Source: an uncultured Clostridium sp. (GTDB lineage: Bacteria; Bacillota; Clostridia; TANB77; CAG-508). Taken from it: DNA of 64,000 bases. Below the pieces are notes generated by a model. That model saw nothing but the letters and a program-made list of their open reading frames with translations. It was not told where the DNA came from and did no database searches. Shown piece after piece: positions 9,152-18,915 of this stretch. The position numbers and the translations under genes were made by a program. Every line of letters starts with the position of its first letter. The stretch's first letter is position 1. The DNA lies in NCBI GenBank assembly GCA_900556975.1, contig USQZ01000003.1, positions 5,310-69,309 on the forward strand, in the 5' to 3' direction.

Positions 9152-10095
9152 TATTTATTTTCCCCCTCTTCTGTAATTTTTAAGAATGCATCTTCTAGTG
9201 ATACTTCTTTTTTCTTCATTTCTATTATTGTTATATTTTTTTCAACGCACTTTTTAAATAAAGTTTTTCTAATGTCTTTATCACCATTATATTTTAATGT
9301 ATATATTTTTTCGTTTCCGTTTTCTTCTTTCAATTCTATACTTGTTATTTCTTTAATTTCATCTTTGATTTCTGGCAATTTAATGTCTGTTTCTTCAACC
9401 GTTAATGTTACTTCTATCTCTTTTGATGCAGCTTCTTCTTCAATATTAGACATTTTGTCTGTTCTCATTATTTTTCCTTTATTAATAATAATGATTTTGT
9501 TACACATTTGGCTTATTTCAGCTAATATGTGTGAACTTATTAATATTGTGTGCTTTTTACCTAATTCTTTGATTAATGTTCTAATTTCTTTTACCTGAAT
9601 CGGATCAAGTCCAACTGTTGGTTCGTCTAATATTAGTATTGGAGGATTTCCAACTAAAGCTCCTGCTAAACTAACTCTTTGTCTGTATCCTCTTGATAAG
9701 TTTCTTATTAGTTTTCCTTTAACTTCTTCCAAACCTGTAGCTTTTAGTACTCTTTCAATTTCTTCTTTCTTTTCTTTTCTCTTGACTAATTTTAAATCTG
9801 CCATATAAGAAATGAATTCTTTTACTGTTAACTCCAAGTATAATGGAACGTTTTCTGGCATATATCCAATTTGCCTTTTAGCTTGTTTTGACTTTTGATT
9901 TATGTCAAAACCATTTACTATGATTTTTCCAGCTGTTGGCTCGATATATCCTGTTATCATATTCATTGTTGTACTTTTTCCAGCACCATTTGGTCCTAGA
10001 AATCCAACGACTTCACCAGCATCAATTTTAAAGCTAATATCGTCTACTGCTGTAAAATCATTATACTTTTTTGTAACATTCTGTAGCTCTATCAA
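9151..10095 (-). CDS. ABC transporter ATP-binding protein (GldA-like)
   Basis: Walker A GPNGAGKST, signature LSRGYRQRV, Walker B ILILDEP. Confidence 0.85.
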   Translation of the reverse strand: MIELQNVTKKYNDFTAVDDISFKIDAGEVVGFLGPNGAGKSTTMNMITGYIEPTAGKIIVNGFDINQKSKQAKRQIGYMPENVPLYLELTVKEFISYMADLKLVKRKEKKEEIERVLKATGLEEVKGKLIRNLSRGYRQRVSLAGALVGNPPILILDEPTVGLDPIQVKEIRTLIKELGKKHTILISSHILAEISQMCNKIIIINKGKIMRTDKMSNIEEEAASKEIEVTLTVEETDIKLPEIKDEIKEITSIELKEENGNEKIYTLKYNGDKDIRKTLFKKCVEKNITIIEMKKKEVSLEDAFLKITEEGENK

Positions 10096-10250
10096 TGTTT
10101 TTTCCTCCTTTTATTTATTGATTAACCACTTTATTAATCTTCTAGCACATTTTATTATTGAAATATTAAAATAAAATTAAAAATATTATACTAGTCGTGA
10201 ATTTTGCATGCTTGCAAAAGCACTTGCTTTAAAATTTATAATAAGCTTTT

Positions 10251-10916
10251 TTATATTTTAATTTTAGCAATTAATGCTTTTATTTTTATTCCTTGTTCTG
10301 AAAACATTTGCTCATGTTCTGTTCTGATATCTTCAAAAATCATTTCACTATGTAAGTCGTGTGTTATTTTTGTAATTTCAAATCCTTCTTCTTTGAAGTA
10401 TTCTATACTTTCTTCAAATAACTCATCATTATCTGTTTTGAAATAAATTTCTCCTTTTTCTTTATCAAGGAAAGTCTTATAATTAGCTAATTGCCTTGTG
10501 TGAGTTAATCTTCTTTTCTTATGTTTTCCTCTTGGCCATGGATTGCAGAAATTAATATATATTCTGTCCACTGTATCATTTTTATCAAATACATCTAATA
10601 TTCTTTCTGCATTCATACGTATTAATAATAAATTTTTTATTTCTAAATTATTATTTACATATTCTGTTTCAATATTTCTTTTTGATAATCCTAGCATTGC
10701 TTCAATCATGTCAGCTGCTATATAATTATTTTCTTGATGTCTGGATGCAAGTTTTGATATGAAGCTTCCTTTACCACATCCTATTTCTAAATAAAGTGGT
10801 TTGTGTGAATCTTCAAATTGTTGTTTCCATTTTCCTTTATATATGCTTGGATCATCTATATAAAATTTTGCTTCTTCTAATTCTTGTTTAGCCCATGGCT
10901 TTCTTCTTATTCTCAT
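10251..10916 (-). CDS. trmB: tRNA (guanine46-N7)-methyltransferase
   Basis: MRIRRKPWA N-terminus, SAM motif LEIGCGKGSF, and FCNPWPRGKHKKRRL, which is typical of TrmB. Confidence 0.85.
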   Translation of the reverse strand: MRIRRKPWAKQELEEAKFYIDDPSIYKGKWKQQFEDSHKPLYLEIGCGKGSFISKLASRHQENNYIAADMIEAMLGLSKRNIETEYVNNNLEIKNLLLIRMNAERILDVFDKNDTVDRIYINFCNPWPRGKHKKRRLTHTRQLANYKTFLDKEKGEIYFKTDNDELFEESIEYFKEEGFEITKITHDLHSEMIFEDIRTEHEQMFSEQGIKIKALIAKIKI

Positions 10917-10937
10917 TTTAATTCATTCCTTTTTATT

Positions 10938-12572
10938 TTAATGTGACGAATATTGATCTGTTGATACCAATTCTGATTTTATAAATTGACCATTTTTATA
11001 GTAATTCTTGAATGCTTGATATGTTAAAGATCCTATTCTTTTGCTTGATAATTGAATGTCATAATCATCATCAGTTCTTAATCCAATTATTTGAACTGTA
11101 CAATATCCACTTTCAACTGATGCTACAATTTTTATTGGATAATTTCTATTATTTTTAAATTTGAAATCAAGTGAACCATATGCTACTGTTGCATCTAATG
11201 AGCCTGGTGCATATGTTGCAAGGAACATATGAGGCGATCTTTCCATAACTTCCAAATCTGATTTTAAAACTGAATTGTATAATGTCGTTGAAACTTGGCA
11301 TATTCCTCCTCCGAGTCCATCTACAACTTGGCCATTCTCATATATCGCAGCATTTCTATAACCCGCTGCAATAGTCCTTTCTCCTACTATTGTGTTATAA
11401 GAAAATGTTTCACCAGGCATTAATACTGTTCCATTTATTTTGTTTGCTGCTAATCTCAAATTTGTTGTTCTGTTTGGATTATTTACATATGCTGTAGATG
11501 TAGTTGCAAGTTGGTCTGGAAACGCATCTGTTCCTAAATCATTTACAGTAACATTTGCTCTTGTATATTTTAAAGGCACTACATATTCGTCTTTTTTCTC
11601 ACTTTTAATTTGCTCTTTTACTGTGTCTACGCTTTCTTGAAAATCAATTCCTGTTTCGTCTGGATATAGAACTCTTGGTTCAACTGTATAATACGCATCT
11701 TTAACTTCTTTGTAGACTTCTGAATGTATTTGATCTACATCAATTTCATCTGGATATCTGTCATATGTTGGAATATCATAAAAAACATCTTTGTAATTCT
11801 TTTGATTTAGTGCATTTGCAACTATTTCTTTGGTTTCATCGCTTTTAGCTGCTTTCCCTATTTTTCCAGATGTAATAATCAAATCACTTCCTTCAATATA
11901 GTAGCTCGGTTGTTTCACTTGTTCTGGTAATTTCGCTGATATATCTAATATGCAAGCATCTAAAGCAACCTCATCATATGAAATATCTATTGTAATATTT
12001 TGAGTATTTTTAGTTAATTTTATTATTTCTAAATCTCTTTGAATAATGCTTCCTTCTCTTCCTAGCTTATAAGCTTTATCAACAGCTTCGTCCAATTTGA
12101 ATTTAGCACTTATTTGCTCTAGTGCAAGTGAATATTGGCTTTCTCCATATTGAAAATAAATTGTATCATCCAATGTGTCTAAAAATTGTTCTTGAACTTT
12201 TTGCTTAGCTTCCTCTTTAGATAGTTCAGAAACATCAACTCCTTCAATAGTTACTCCTTTTTTTATCTTGTCATCTTTATTATTTATCACTGAAAATGTT
12301 GTTAGTCCTGCTATACACAAGACGATAACTATTGAAAATATTATTGCTATAACTTTAAGTGCAATATGCTTTTTTACTTTTACTTGACTATTATCTATTT
12401 TGGTATTTGTGTCAGGTACAATTAACTGAGTATTCTCATCTTTTTTTGATGCTTTTTCACTTTTTTTATCTATTTTCTCTTTTTTATTTTCTTCAGCTTT
12501 ATTGTTTTTTTCTTTTTTCTCGTTTTCATCTTTATCATTTGAGTTACCGTGACTCAATATTTGATTTGCCAT
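10938..12572 (-). CDS. VanW-family protein with N-terminal membrane anchor
   Basis: C-terminal VanW core GETFSYNTIVGERTIAAGYRNA...GGGICQVSTTLYN. K/E-rich N-terminus followed by a TM segment. Confidence 0.75.
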   Translation of the reverse strand: MANQILSHGNSNDKDENEKKEKNNKAEENKKEKIDKKSEKASKKDENTQLIVPDTNTKIDNSQVKVKKHIALKVIAIIFSIVIVLCIAGLTTFSVINNKDDKIKKGVTIEGVDVSELSKEEAKQKVQEQFLDTLDDTIYFQYGESQYSLALEQISAKFKLDEAVDKAYKLGREGSIIQRDLEIIKLTKNTQNITIDISYDEVALDACILDISAKLPEQVKQPSYYIEGSDLIITSGKIGKAAKSDETKEIVANALNQKNYKDVFYDIPTYDRYPDEIDVDQIHSEVYKEVKDAYYTVEPRVLYPDETGIDFQESVDTVKEQIKSEKKDEYVVPLKYTRANVTVNDLGTDAFPDQLATTSTAYVNNPNRTTNLRLAANKINGTVLMPGETFSYNTIVGERTIAAGYRNAAIYENGQVVDGLGGGICQVSTTLYNSVLKSDLEVMERSPHMFLATYAPGSLDATVAYGSLDFKFKNNRNYPIKIVASVESGYCTVQIIGLRTDDDYDIQLSSKRIGSLTYQAFKNYYKNGQFIKSELVSTDQYSSH

Positions 12573-12635
12573 TTTTTTCTCCTTTTATGTCTAATTCATC
12601 TTTTTATATTATATTGGTCTGTATAGAAAAAGTCA

Positions 12636-12667
12636 ACAAAAGACTTGCTATAAATGCAAGTCTTTTG
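12636..12667 (-). terminator. intrinsic terminator after the histidine kinase gene (bidirectional-looking)
   Basis: Stem caaaagacttgc / gcaagtcttttg, with A/T runs on both sides. Confidence 0.65.
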
Positions 12668-12717
12668 TTTTATTTTCCATTGTTATATGTAATAAAATTA
12701 ATACTTATTTTTCTCTT

Positions 12718-14022
12718 TTAAATTTTTACTGTTACTACTGTTCCTTTAGGCTTATTGTGTGTTAATTTTATACTTCCTCCGTGACTTTTTACAATTGTAT
12801 GTGCTATTGATAATCCCAGTCCTGTACCGCCTTTAGATCTTGAACGTGCTTTGTCTTCTCTGTAGAATCTTTCAAAAATATGTTTTAATCCTTCATCGCT
12901 AATTCCAATTCCAGTATCTTTTACTACTATGTGTAGCTTGTCTTCGTGATTGTGAATGTCAACATCTATTACGTCGTTTTCTTCAGTATATTTTATAGCA
13001 TTATCTAGCAAAATAACTAATAGCTGTTTAATCTTATTTTTATCAATGTTTAGTTCTTTATCACAGTCAATATTTAAATTCATTGTCTTGCTTTGTAATT
13101 CTGCCATTTCTTTATATGGAATTACTACTTCTCTTGCCATTTGTTTTATATCTGTTTTTGACTTGTGAACTGTATTTCTGTTAGCATCTGATCTTGCTAA
13201 ATCCATTAATTCTGTTATCATCTTTGATAGTCTTCTTGTTTCATTTAGCGATAAGACTATATCTTGCGATTTATCAATTATCTTGCTTTCAGGCGATTGA
13301 AGTAACATTTCTTGTTTTGCTTGAATTATTGTTAGTGGAGTTCTAAGTTCATGTGATGCGTTTTGAACAAATTCTGCTTGCTTTTTGTATGCAGAAATTA
13401 TTGGCATTAAAGCTCTTTTAGATAGATACCAACTTGTTATTATTGATAGAACTATAACTATTCCTGTTCCTATAAGTAATGTTCTACTGAAGTTATCCAT
13501 CATTTCTTTTTCAGAGTTTATATTTATCAATACATCCATGTAATAAACTTCACCATTTGAGGCTGTTAACTTACATGTAGTTGCTCTGTAAAAATATTTT
13601 GAATTGACTTTTAGTTCGTATATTTCTCCTATATTTTTCATATTAAAATCATTTTTTCCTATATAATCTGCAAAATATTTTACGCTTAACGATGTTGCTA
13701 TTACATCTCCCGTTTCGTCTCTTAATATTGTTACAACTCTCGGATTGGCAATCTTATCAATATTTTTTTGTACTTCTGCTGTAAGCTCTTCGTCTGTCAA
13801 TTCGTCTGTAGATTTTGCCTTATTACTGTTAACGACAAAATCTGATATATCTTCGAGTTGCTGTTTGTATTGCATTATCTCTTGATCAACTGATTTATAT
13901 AAATAATTATTGAATTGGCTTAATATAAAAAAACTGAAAGCACCAAAAATTAATGTTAAAAGTATTAAATTAAAAATCATATTTTTAAATAATTCTATTT
14001 TTATTATTTTTTGTTCTTTCAC
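12718..14022 (-). CDS. sensor histidine kinase
   Basis: H-box SHELRTPLT, N-box LLDNAIKYT, G-boxes DTGIGI and GGTGLGLSI, two TM segments. Confidence 0.9.
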   Translation of the reverse strand: MKEQKIIKIELFKNMIFNLILLTLIFGAFSFFILSQFNNYLYKSVDQEIMQYKQQLEDISDFVVNSNKAKSTDELTDEELTAEVQKNIDKIANPRVVTILRDETGDVIATSLSVKYFADYIGKNDFNMKNIGEIYELKVNSKYFYRATTCKLTASNGEVYYMDVLININSEKEMMDNFSRTLLIGTGIVIVLSIITSWYLSKRALMPIISAYKKQAEFVQNASHELRTPLTIIQAKQEMLLQSPESKIIDKSQDIVLSLNETRRLSKMITELMDLARSDANRNTVHKSKTDIKQMAREVVIPYKEMAELQSKTMNLNIDCDKELNIDKNKIKQLLVILLDNAIKYTEENDVIDVDIHNHEDKLHIVVKDTGIGISDEGLKHIFERFYREDKARSRSKGGTGLGLSIAHTIVKSHGGSIKLTHNKPKGTVVTVKI

Positions 14023-14045
14023 TCTTGTTGCATTCCTTTCTTTAT

Positions 14046-14714
14046 TTAGTCTGATAATATATATCCAACGCCTCTTAATGTTTTAATATATTTATCATAT
14101 CCATATTTTTTTAATTCTTTTCTTAATGCACTTGCGTACACTTCAATTACATTTGTTGATGTATCAGAATCAAATCCCCATATTTTATCAAATATTTGTT
14201 CTTTTGTTATTATTGTGTTTTTTGAATGAATTAAATATTCTAGTAAGTCAAATTGTTTACCTTGTAGATTTATTTCCTTATCTTTTATATATGCCTTTCT
14301 GTTTTCCAGATTCATTTTTAAATCTTTGAATTCTATTGTATTATTCGCGTAAAATCCATGATTTCTTCTTATCAGAGCTTCTAATCTAGCTAAAAGTTCT
14401 TCTCTTTCGAAAGGTTTAGCTAAATAATCATCTGCTCCTATTGATAGTCCTTTTACTTTATCATTTAATGAATCCTTTGCACTTAATATAAGTACAGGTG
14501 TAAATATTTCTTCTTTCCTTAACTTACTTAATAAGTCATATCCGTTCATTTCTGGCATCATTAAATCAAGTATTATTATGTCATATATATTTTCTTTTGC
14601 AAACATATAACCTTCATATCCGTCAAATGCTTGCTCTACGCTATATTTCTTTTCGATACATTGCTTAATTGTATCTGATAAAATTTTGTCATCTTCAACA
14701 ATTAGTACTTTCAT
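14046..14714 (-). CDS. OmpR-family response regulator
   Basis: Receiver domain (VEDD..., IILDLMMPEMNG, K in AKPF) plus a winged-helix C-terminus (TLRGVGY). Confidence 0.9.
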   Translation of the reverse strand: MKVLIVEDDKILSDTIKQCIEKKYSVEQAFDGYEGYMFAKENIYDIIILDLMMPEMNGYDLLSKLRKEEIFTPVLILSAKDSLNDKVKGLSIGADDYLAKPFEREELLARLEALIRRNHGFYANNTIEFKDLKMNLENRKAYIKDKEINLQGKQFDLLEYLIHSKNTIITKEQIFDKIWGFDSDTSTNVIEVYASALRKELKKYGYDKYIKTLRGVGYILSD

Positions 14715-14848
14715 TTGATTCTCCTTTATTTTTTATTATACTATAGATTATAGATGCTGTAACTTAAAAAATTCTTAAATATCTTTTTGAAATCGAAAAC
14801 AGAGATTATTGGCAATAGCTTGTCAAAATCTCCGTTTTAACCTATACT

Positions 14849-16081
14849 TTATTTATTTTGTGTAAGTATTGGATTGCCAATAAAATATCTTTCATTTGTT
14901 CCTGATTTTAATACGATTTTTAATGTTTCTACTTTAGAAACGTCTATTGAAAAACTGTTATTATTTATGTTTTCAGTGGTGTAAAGTACTTTTCCATTTT
15001 GATCATATATTGTTATTTTAACGCTTGATGGGTTTGATGTTTCTGCTGTTTCTGGTGTACATATTATTCCTTCTAATCTTGAATAATTTTTATCTAATTT
15101 ATATTCCACTGCTTCTTCTGAATTATTTTCTGATGATTTTAATATATAGTTTTTGTATTCAGTTCCGGCTGTTGATTTTATAGGCGTGCTTCCGTCTGAT
15201 ATTTTTAAAGTATCAGATATTTTTTCTGCTTTTAATGTTGTTAAACTAACAGGTGTAGGGTCAGTTTGATTTAGTTCTTCTAATAAATTTTTAATGTCTT
15301 TGTCATCTGGCAAAGTTTTAAGTGCTGAATTGATGTTGGCTTTTGCTTTGGTGTAATTAGTTTTTAATAATTCACGTGTTTCTAAAACAAATTCATTCTT
15401 ATACTGTGTTTTCAATTCATCAACCGCATCTTTTATTTTTTCTATATTTTCTGTATCATAACTAGAAAGATAATCTAATATGCTTAATACTGATTGATTA
15501 GTTGTCATTGCTTTTATTTTTTCTTTTAATTCTGCAATTTTTATATCAGCTTTTTTATTTATAACTAAATCACTGTTTTGAAGATCGTCTTCTATTTTAC
15601 TTAATACATTTAGTGCTTTATCATATTTTTGGTTTTTTAAATATTCGTCAGCTTTACTTAAATATTCATTTAAATATAATTGCTCAACTTCTTTTAATTT
15701 TTTAGTAACTTCATTGTATTTTGGATAATTTTCGTCTATTGATTTTAGTAATTTAATAGCTTTTTTATAGTCATTTTCACTAATTGCTTGTTCAGATTCC
15801 TGGTATATTTGGTCCATTTTTTTGCTTGATAATTCATCTTGCTTTTGAATTAAAAATTGTTTTCCAAAATAAAATCCTACTAGTAATAATATTATTACAA
15901 AAATAATAGTTAAAAAGAATTTTCTAACTTTTCTGCCAAAAGAATTTTTTCTTCTTTCTTTTTCTTCTTTTATTGCAGCTTTTTCTTCCATCTTTTTCTG
16001 CTTTGCTTCTAGCTTCATTTCTTCTGCTTTAAGCTTTAGATCTTTTTTTGTAAGTACTTTTTCTTCTTTATTTTCTTCCAT
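14849..16081 (-). CDS. hypothetical membrane-anchored protein (K/E-rich tail, TM, helical repeats, C-terminal beta-rich domain)
   Basis: 410-aa ORF with one TM (FFLTIIFVIILLLVGFYFG) and TPR-like Y-KA-L repeats. No catalytic motif recognised. Confidence 0.55.
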   Translation of the reverse strand: MEENKEEKVLTKKDLKLKAEEMKLEAKQKKMEEKAAIKEEKERRKNSFGRKVRKFFLTIIFVIILLLVGFYFGKQFLIQKQDELSSKKMDQIYQESEQAISENDYKKAIKLLKSIDENYPKYNEVTKKLKEVEQLYLNEYLSKADEYLKNQKYDKALNVLSKIEDDLQNSDLVINKKADIKIAELKEKIKAMTTNQSVLSILDYLSSYDTENIEKIKDAVDELKTQYKNEFVLETRELLKTNYTKAKANINSALKTLPDDKDIKNLLEELNQTDPTPVSLTTLKAEKISDTLKISDGSTPIKSTAGTEYKNYILKSSENNSEEAVEYKLDKNYSRLEGIICTPETAETSNPSSVKITIYDQNGKVLYTTENINNNSFSIDVSKVETLKIVLKSGTNERYFIGNPILTQNK

Positions 16082-16144
16082 AAACTTTTTCGTCCTTTCA
16101 AGTTATATGTTTTTTCTATTTTATATCACAAATAAATTTTTTTC

Positions 16145-16651
16145 TCAACACTTCTGGCTGTTTTTCAAAAAATTTAATACTCTAATTATTTCATAAATGT
16201 TTCTTGGCATGTTACTTGGGTATTCAAAAATTGCTTCAACTGTTCTTTCTTTGTTTATTATTACTGTTTTGCTTATTATTTCATTATTATTCTCTTTTGA
16301 GTACATTCCATATTTTCTACAATTTTCGCCTATCTTATCTTCTACTATTGGGAAGTCAATTTCAACTCCTGCTTTATTTTTTATATTATTTATCCATGCA
16401 TAGTGTGAAAGCAAATTTCCTGCTGTCATTAATATAATTTCTGCTTCTAGTTCTTTAAAAATTGTTTCATTTTTCTTTAGTTCTAATATTTCCAATTCAG
16501 ATATGTAAAAAAAATCTTCTTTATATGAAAAAAGTATAATATTTTTGTCTATATTCTCTGTATTTATTATTCCCTTACTCGAATTTATTATTAACTCATT
16601 AAATTTCTCCCCTACTTTAATGTTCCCATTTTTTAATAATTCATAATCCAT
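16145..16651 (-). CDS. hypothetical cytoplasmic protein
   Basis: 168-aa ORF in the same orientation as its neighbours. No motif recognised. Confidence 0.45.
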   Translation of the reverse strand: MDYELLKNGNIKVGEKFNELIINSSKGIINTENIDKNIILFSYKEDFFYISELEILELKKNETIFKELEAEIILMTAGNLLSHYAWINNIKNKAGVEIDFPIVEDKIGENCRKYGMYSKENNNEIISKTVIINKERTVEAIFEYPSNMPRNIYEIIRVLNFLKNSQKC

Positions 16652-16683
16652 TTTAGAATCCTCCTATGGATATGATATTCTAA

Positions 16684-16716
16684 AAATAAAAAAACGCCAT
16701 CCTTTTTTAGGATGGC
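16684..16716 (-). terminator. intrinsic terminator after the metal ABC permease gene
   Basis: Minus strand reads GCCATCC-loop-GGATGGC followed by TTTTTTTATTTTT. Confidence 0.8.
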
Positions 16717-16816
16717 TTGGGGAAGAAAAAAATTTTCAAGACTATTTGTTTAGTCTTTATGTATTTATAATACAGTTATAAAATTAAAATAACCTTAAAA
16801 ATTTTTATTTTTTAAT

Positions 16817-17629
16817 TTATATTAAAACTTTTTTCACCACTTTTGTTATTAGTAGCAAAATAATATAGATTAAAACAATACTTGCTCCTGTTGGCAAATT
16901 CATAAAAAAACTTACTAACATACCTAATATAAAACATATAATTGAGATTATTCCTGAAATTATTATTAATTCTTTAAAACTGTTTGTTAAACTTCTAGTA
17001 ATTATTGCTGGGAAAACTATTAAGCTAGAAATTAATAATGTTCCCATCATTCTCATTCCTAATACAACAATTAATGCAGTTAAAAATGATATTAAAAATT
17101 GATAGAAAGTAACATTTATGCCTCTAGCTTTTGCAAATTTCTCATCATATGTTATCATAAATAATCTATTATAATAAATCATATATACTGCAAATACAGC
17201 TATAGATAGTATTACACTTATAATAACATCGCTTCTTTTCATTGATAAAATACTTCCAAACATATAGTTTGATACATCTATATTAAATCCTGTTGAAACT
17301 GATGTAATTATTATTCCTAACGCTAAAGCACCTGTAGATACTAATGCAATTTGTATATCTCCACTTTCACCTTTTTTTTGGCTTATTATCATTATTATAA
17401 CAGCTGCAATAAGTACTATTGGGATTGAAACTGATAGCGGTGGTAAATTAAGTGCTACTGCTAAAGTTAATGATGCAAAACCAACTTCACCCAATCCATG
17501 TCCTATCATTGAATAATTTTTAAGGACAAGAATAACGCCTATTAGTGCTGCGCAAAGTGATATTGCAATACCACAAATTAGTGCTCTTTGTATAAATGTA
17601 TAGCTTAGTAAATTAATAATTTGTTCCAT
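16817..17629 (-). CDS. metal (Zn/Mn-type) ABC transporter permease, ABC-3 family
   Basis: 270-aa polytopic protein with ZnuB/AdcB/TroC-like organisation. The matching ATPase and binding-protein genes lie at 20382-22021. Confidence 0.75.
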   Translation of the reverse strand: MEQIINLLSYTFIQRALICGIAISLCAALIGVILVLKNYSMIGHGLGEVGFASLTLAVALNLPPLSVSIPIVLIAAVIIMIISQKKGESGDIQIALVSTGALALGIIITSVSTGFNIDVSNYMFGSILSMKRSDVIISVILSIAVFAVYMIYYNRLFMITYDEKFAKARGINVTFYQFLISFLTALIVVLGMRMMGTLLISSLIVFPAIITRSLTNSFKELIIISGIISIICFILGMLVSFFMNLPTGASIVLIYIILLLITKVVKKVLI

Positions 17630-17643
17630 TTTTTCCTCTCTTT

Positions 17644-18087
17644 TTATTCTTCAATTAATTTCAATAATTCTTTTAAATCAACATTTATATTGCTATCAAC
17701 TTGTATCTCAGCATTTTCATCAAAGTTTTCTTGATGAGCTTTAATAAAGTTTCTAGCATTTTCTCTTGTGAAGAATACGTATGAATTATTAGATTTATCT
17801 ACTATTTTGAATAGATAAATGTTTTCTTCATTTTCTTCTGCTTTTCTCATGTGTTGATTGTTTAATTTTTCTATATATTCTTTTACTTTGTTATATTGTT
17901 CATTTTCTTTTTCAACTTTTGAAATTTTTTCGTATAATTTTTCCATATACTCTAGCATATTTATATCGCCGTCTGAAACATGTTCCATAAGCCAATATAT
18001 GACTTTTCTTTCTGCTTCATATTTTTCTTGTTCATTTTTAGTTTTTTCTAAAATTTCATTTGCTTTTCTTAATAATTCTTCTCTCAT
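17644..18087 (-). CDS. hypothetical coiled-coil protein
   Basis: ATG at 18087 follows GAAGGAGGAG (MREELLRKANE...). The ORF track extends to 18150. Confidence 0.45.
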   Translation of the reverse strand: MREELLRKANEILEKTKNEQEKYEAERKVIYWLMEHVSDGDINMLEYMEKLYEKISKVEKENEQYNKVKEYIEKLNNQHMRKAEENEENIYLFKIVDKSNNSYVFFTRENARNFIKAHQENFDENAEIQVDSNINVDLKELLKLIEE

Positions 18088-18210
18088 CGTACTCTCCTCC
18101 TTCATTCTTTCGTTATTTTTAATTTTACCATATACTTGTATTTTAGTCAAACAGTGGTATACGTAAGAGTAAAAGAAAAAAGCCTCTTTAAAAGAGGCCT
18201 TTACTTCATA

Positions 18211-18831
18211 TTAATAACCTTGACCAATTACTTTTCCTTTATATAGGTATAATGTCATATAGTTTTCAATTTTGCTTGTATAATCTTTTTCTTTTTTCCA
18301 AATTTCATCGTCATCGTCATCATCGTCATCTTTGTCTGGTTTAGTTGTTGCTCTATATTTTACAACAACTTTCTTTAAGTTTTTATTATCTTTAGCTGGT
18401 GAAACTGATACGACTTTTAATAGTTTAATTTTATATTTTCCTTTGTCGTCTTTATCATAACTATCTTTCAAATTATCTTTGTAACTATCTACTTCGTCAT
18501 CATCTACATCTTTTAAATTTTCTTCAAATTCTTTAACTACATCTTTGTTTGATTTTGAAGAATCTAAATATGAATAATAACTAGAACTTGAAGATTGTGC
18601 ATTTTTCCAAGCAACTGCTGCATCTAAATCCATTGCTTTAGCGACTTTACTGTAGTCACATGAATTTATTGCGTTAATATATTTTTTAACTGCTCTTTTT
18701 TCACTTCCTCCAAGTAATAAACTTGCTAGAATTATAACTACTACTAGTGCAACAACAATTCCTATAACTAATTTTGTGTGTGCTTTAATCCAAGCTCCAA
18801 TTTTGCCAAATACATTTTTTACTTTTTCCAT
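18211..18831 (-). CDS. hypothetical membrane-anchored protein with poly-Asp tract
   Basis: ATG at 18831 follows AAAGGAG. One N-terminal TM. A D8-9 run is encoded at about 18300-18330. Confidence 0.5.
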   Translation of the reverse strand: MEKVKNVFGKIGAWIKAHTKLVIGIVVALVVVIILASLLLGGSEKRAVKKYINAINSCDYSKVAKAMDLDAAVAWKNAQSSSSSYYSYLDSSKSNKDVVKEFEENLKDVDDDEVDSYKDNLKDSYDKDDKGKYKIKLLKVVSVSPAKDNKNLKKVVVKYRATTKPDKDDDDDDDDEIWKKEKDYTSKIENYMTLYLYKGKVIGQGY

Positions 18832-18915
18832 GTATCTTGCTCCTTTCATTTTGTTATTTTTTACATTACAAGTATATTATATAGAATTAAAAATATCAAT
18901 ATATAAATTATATTT

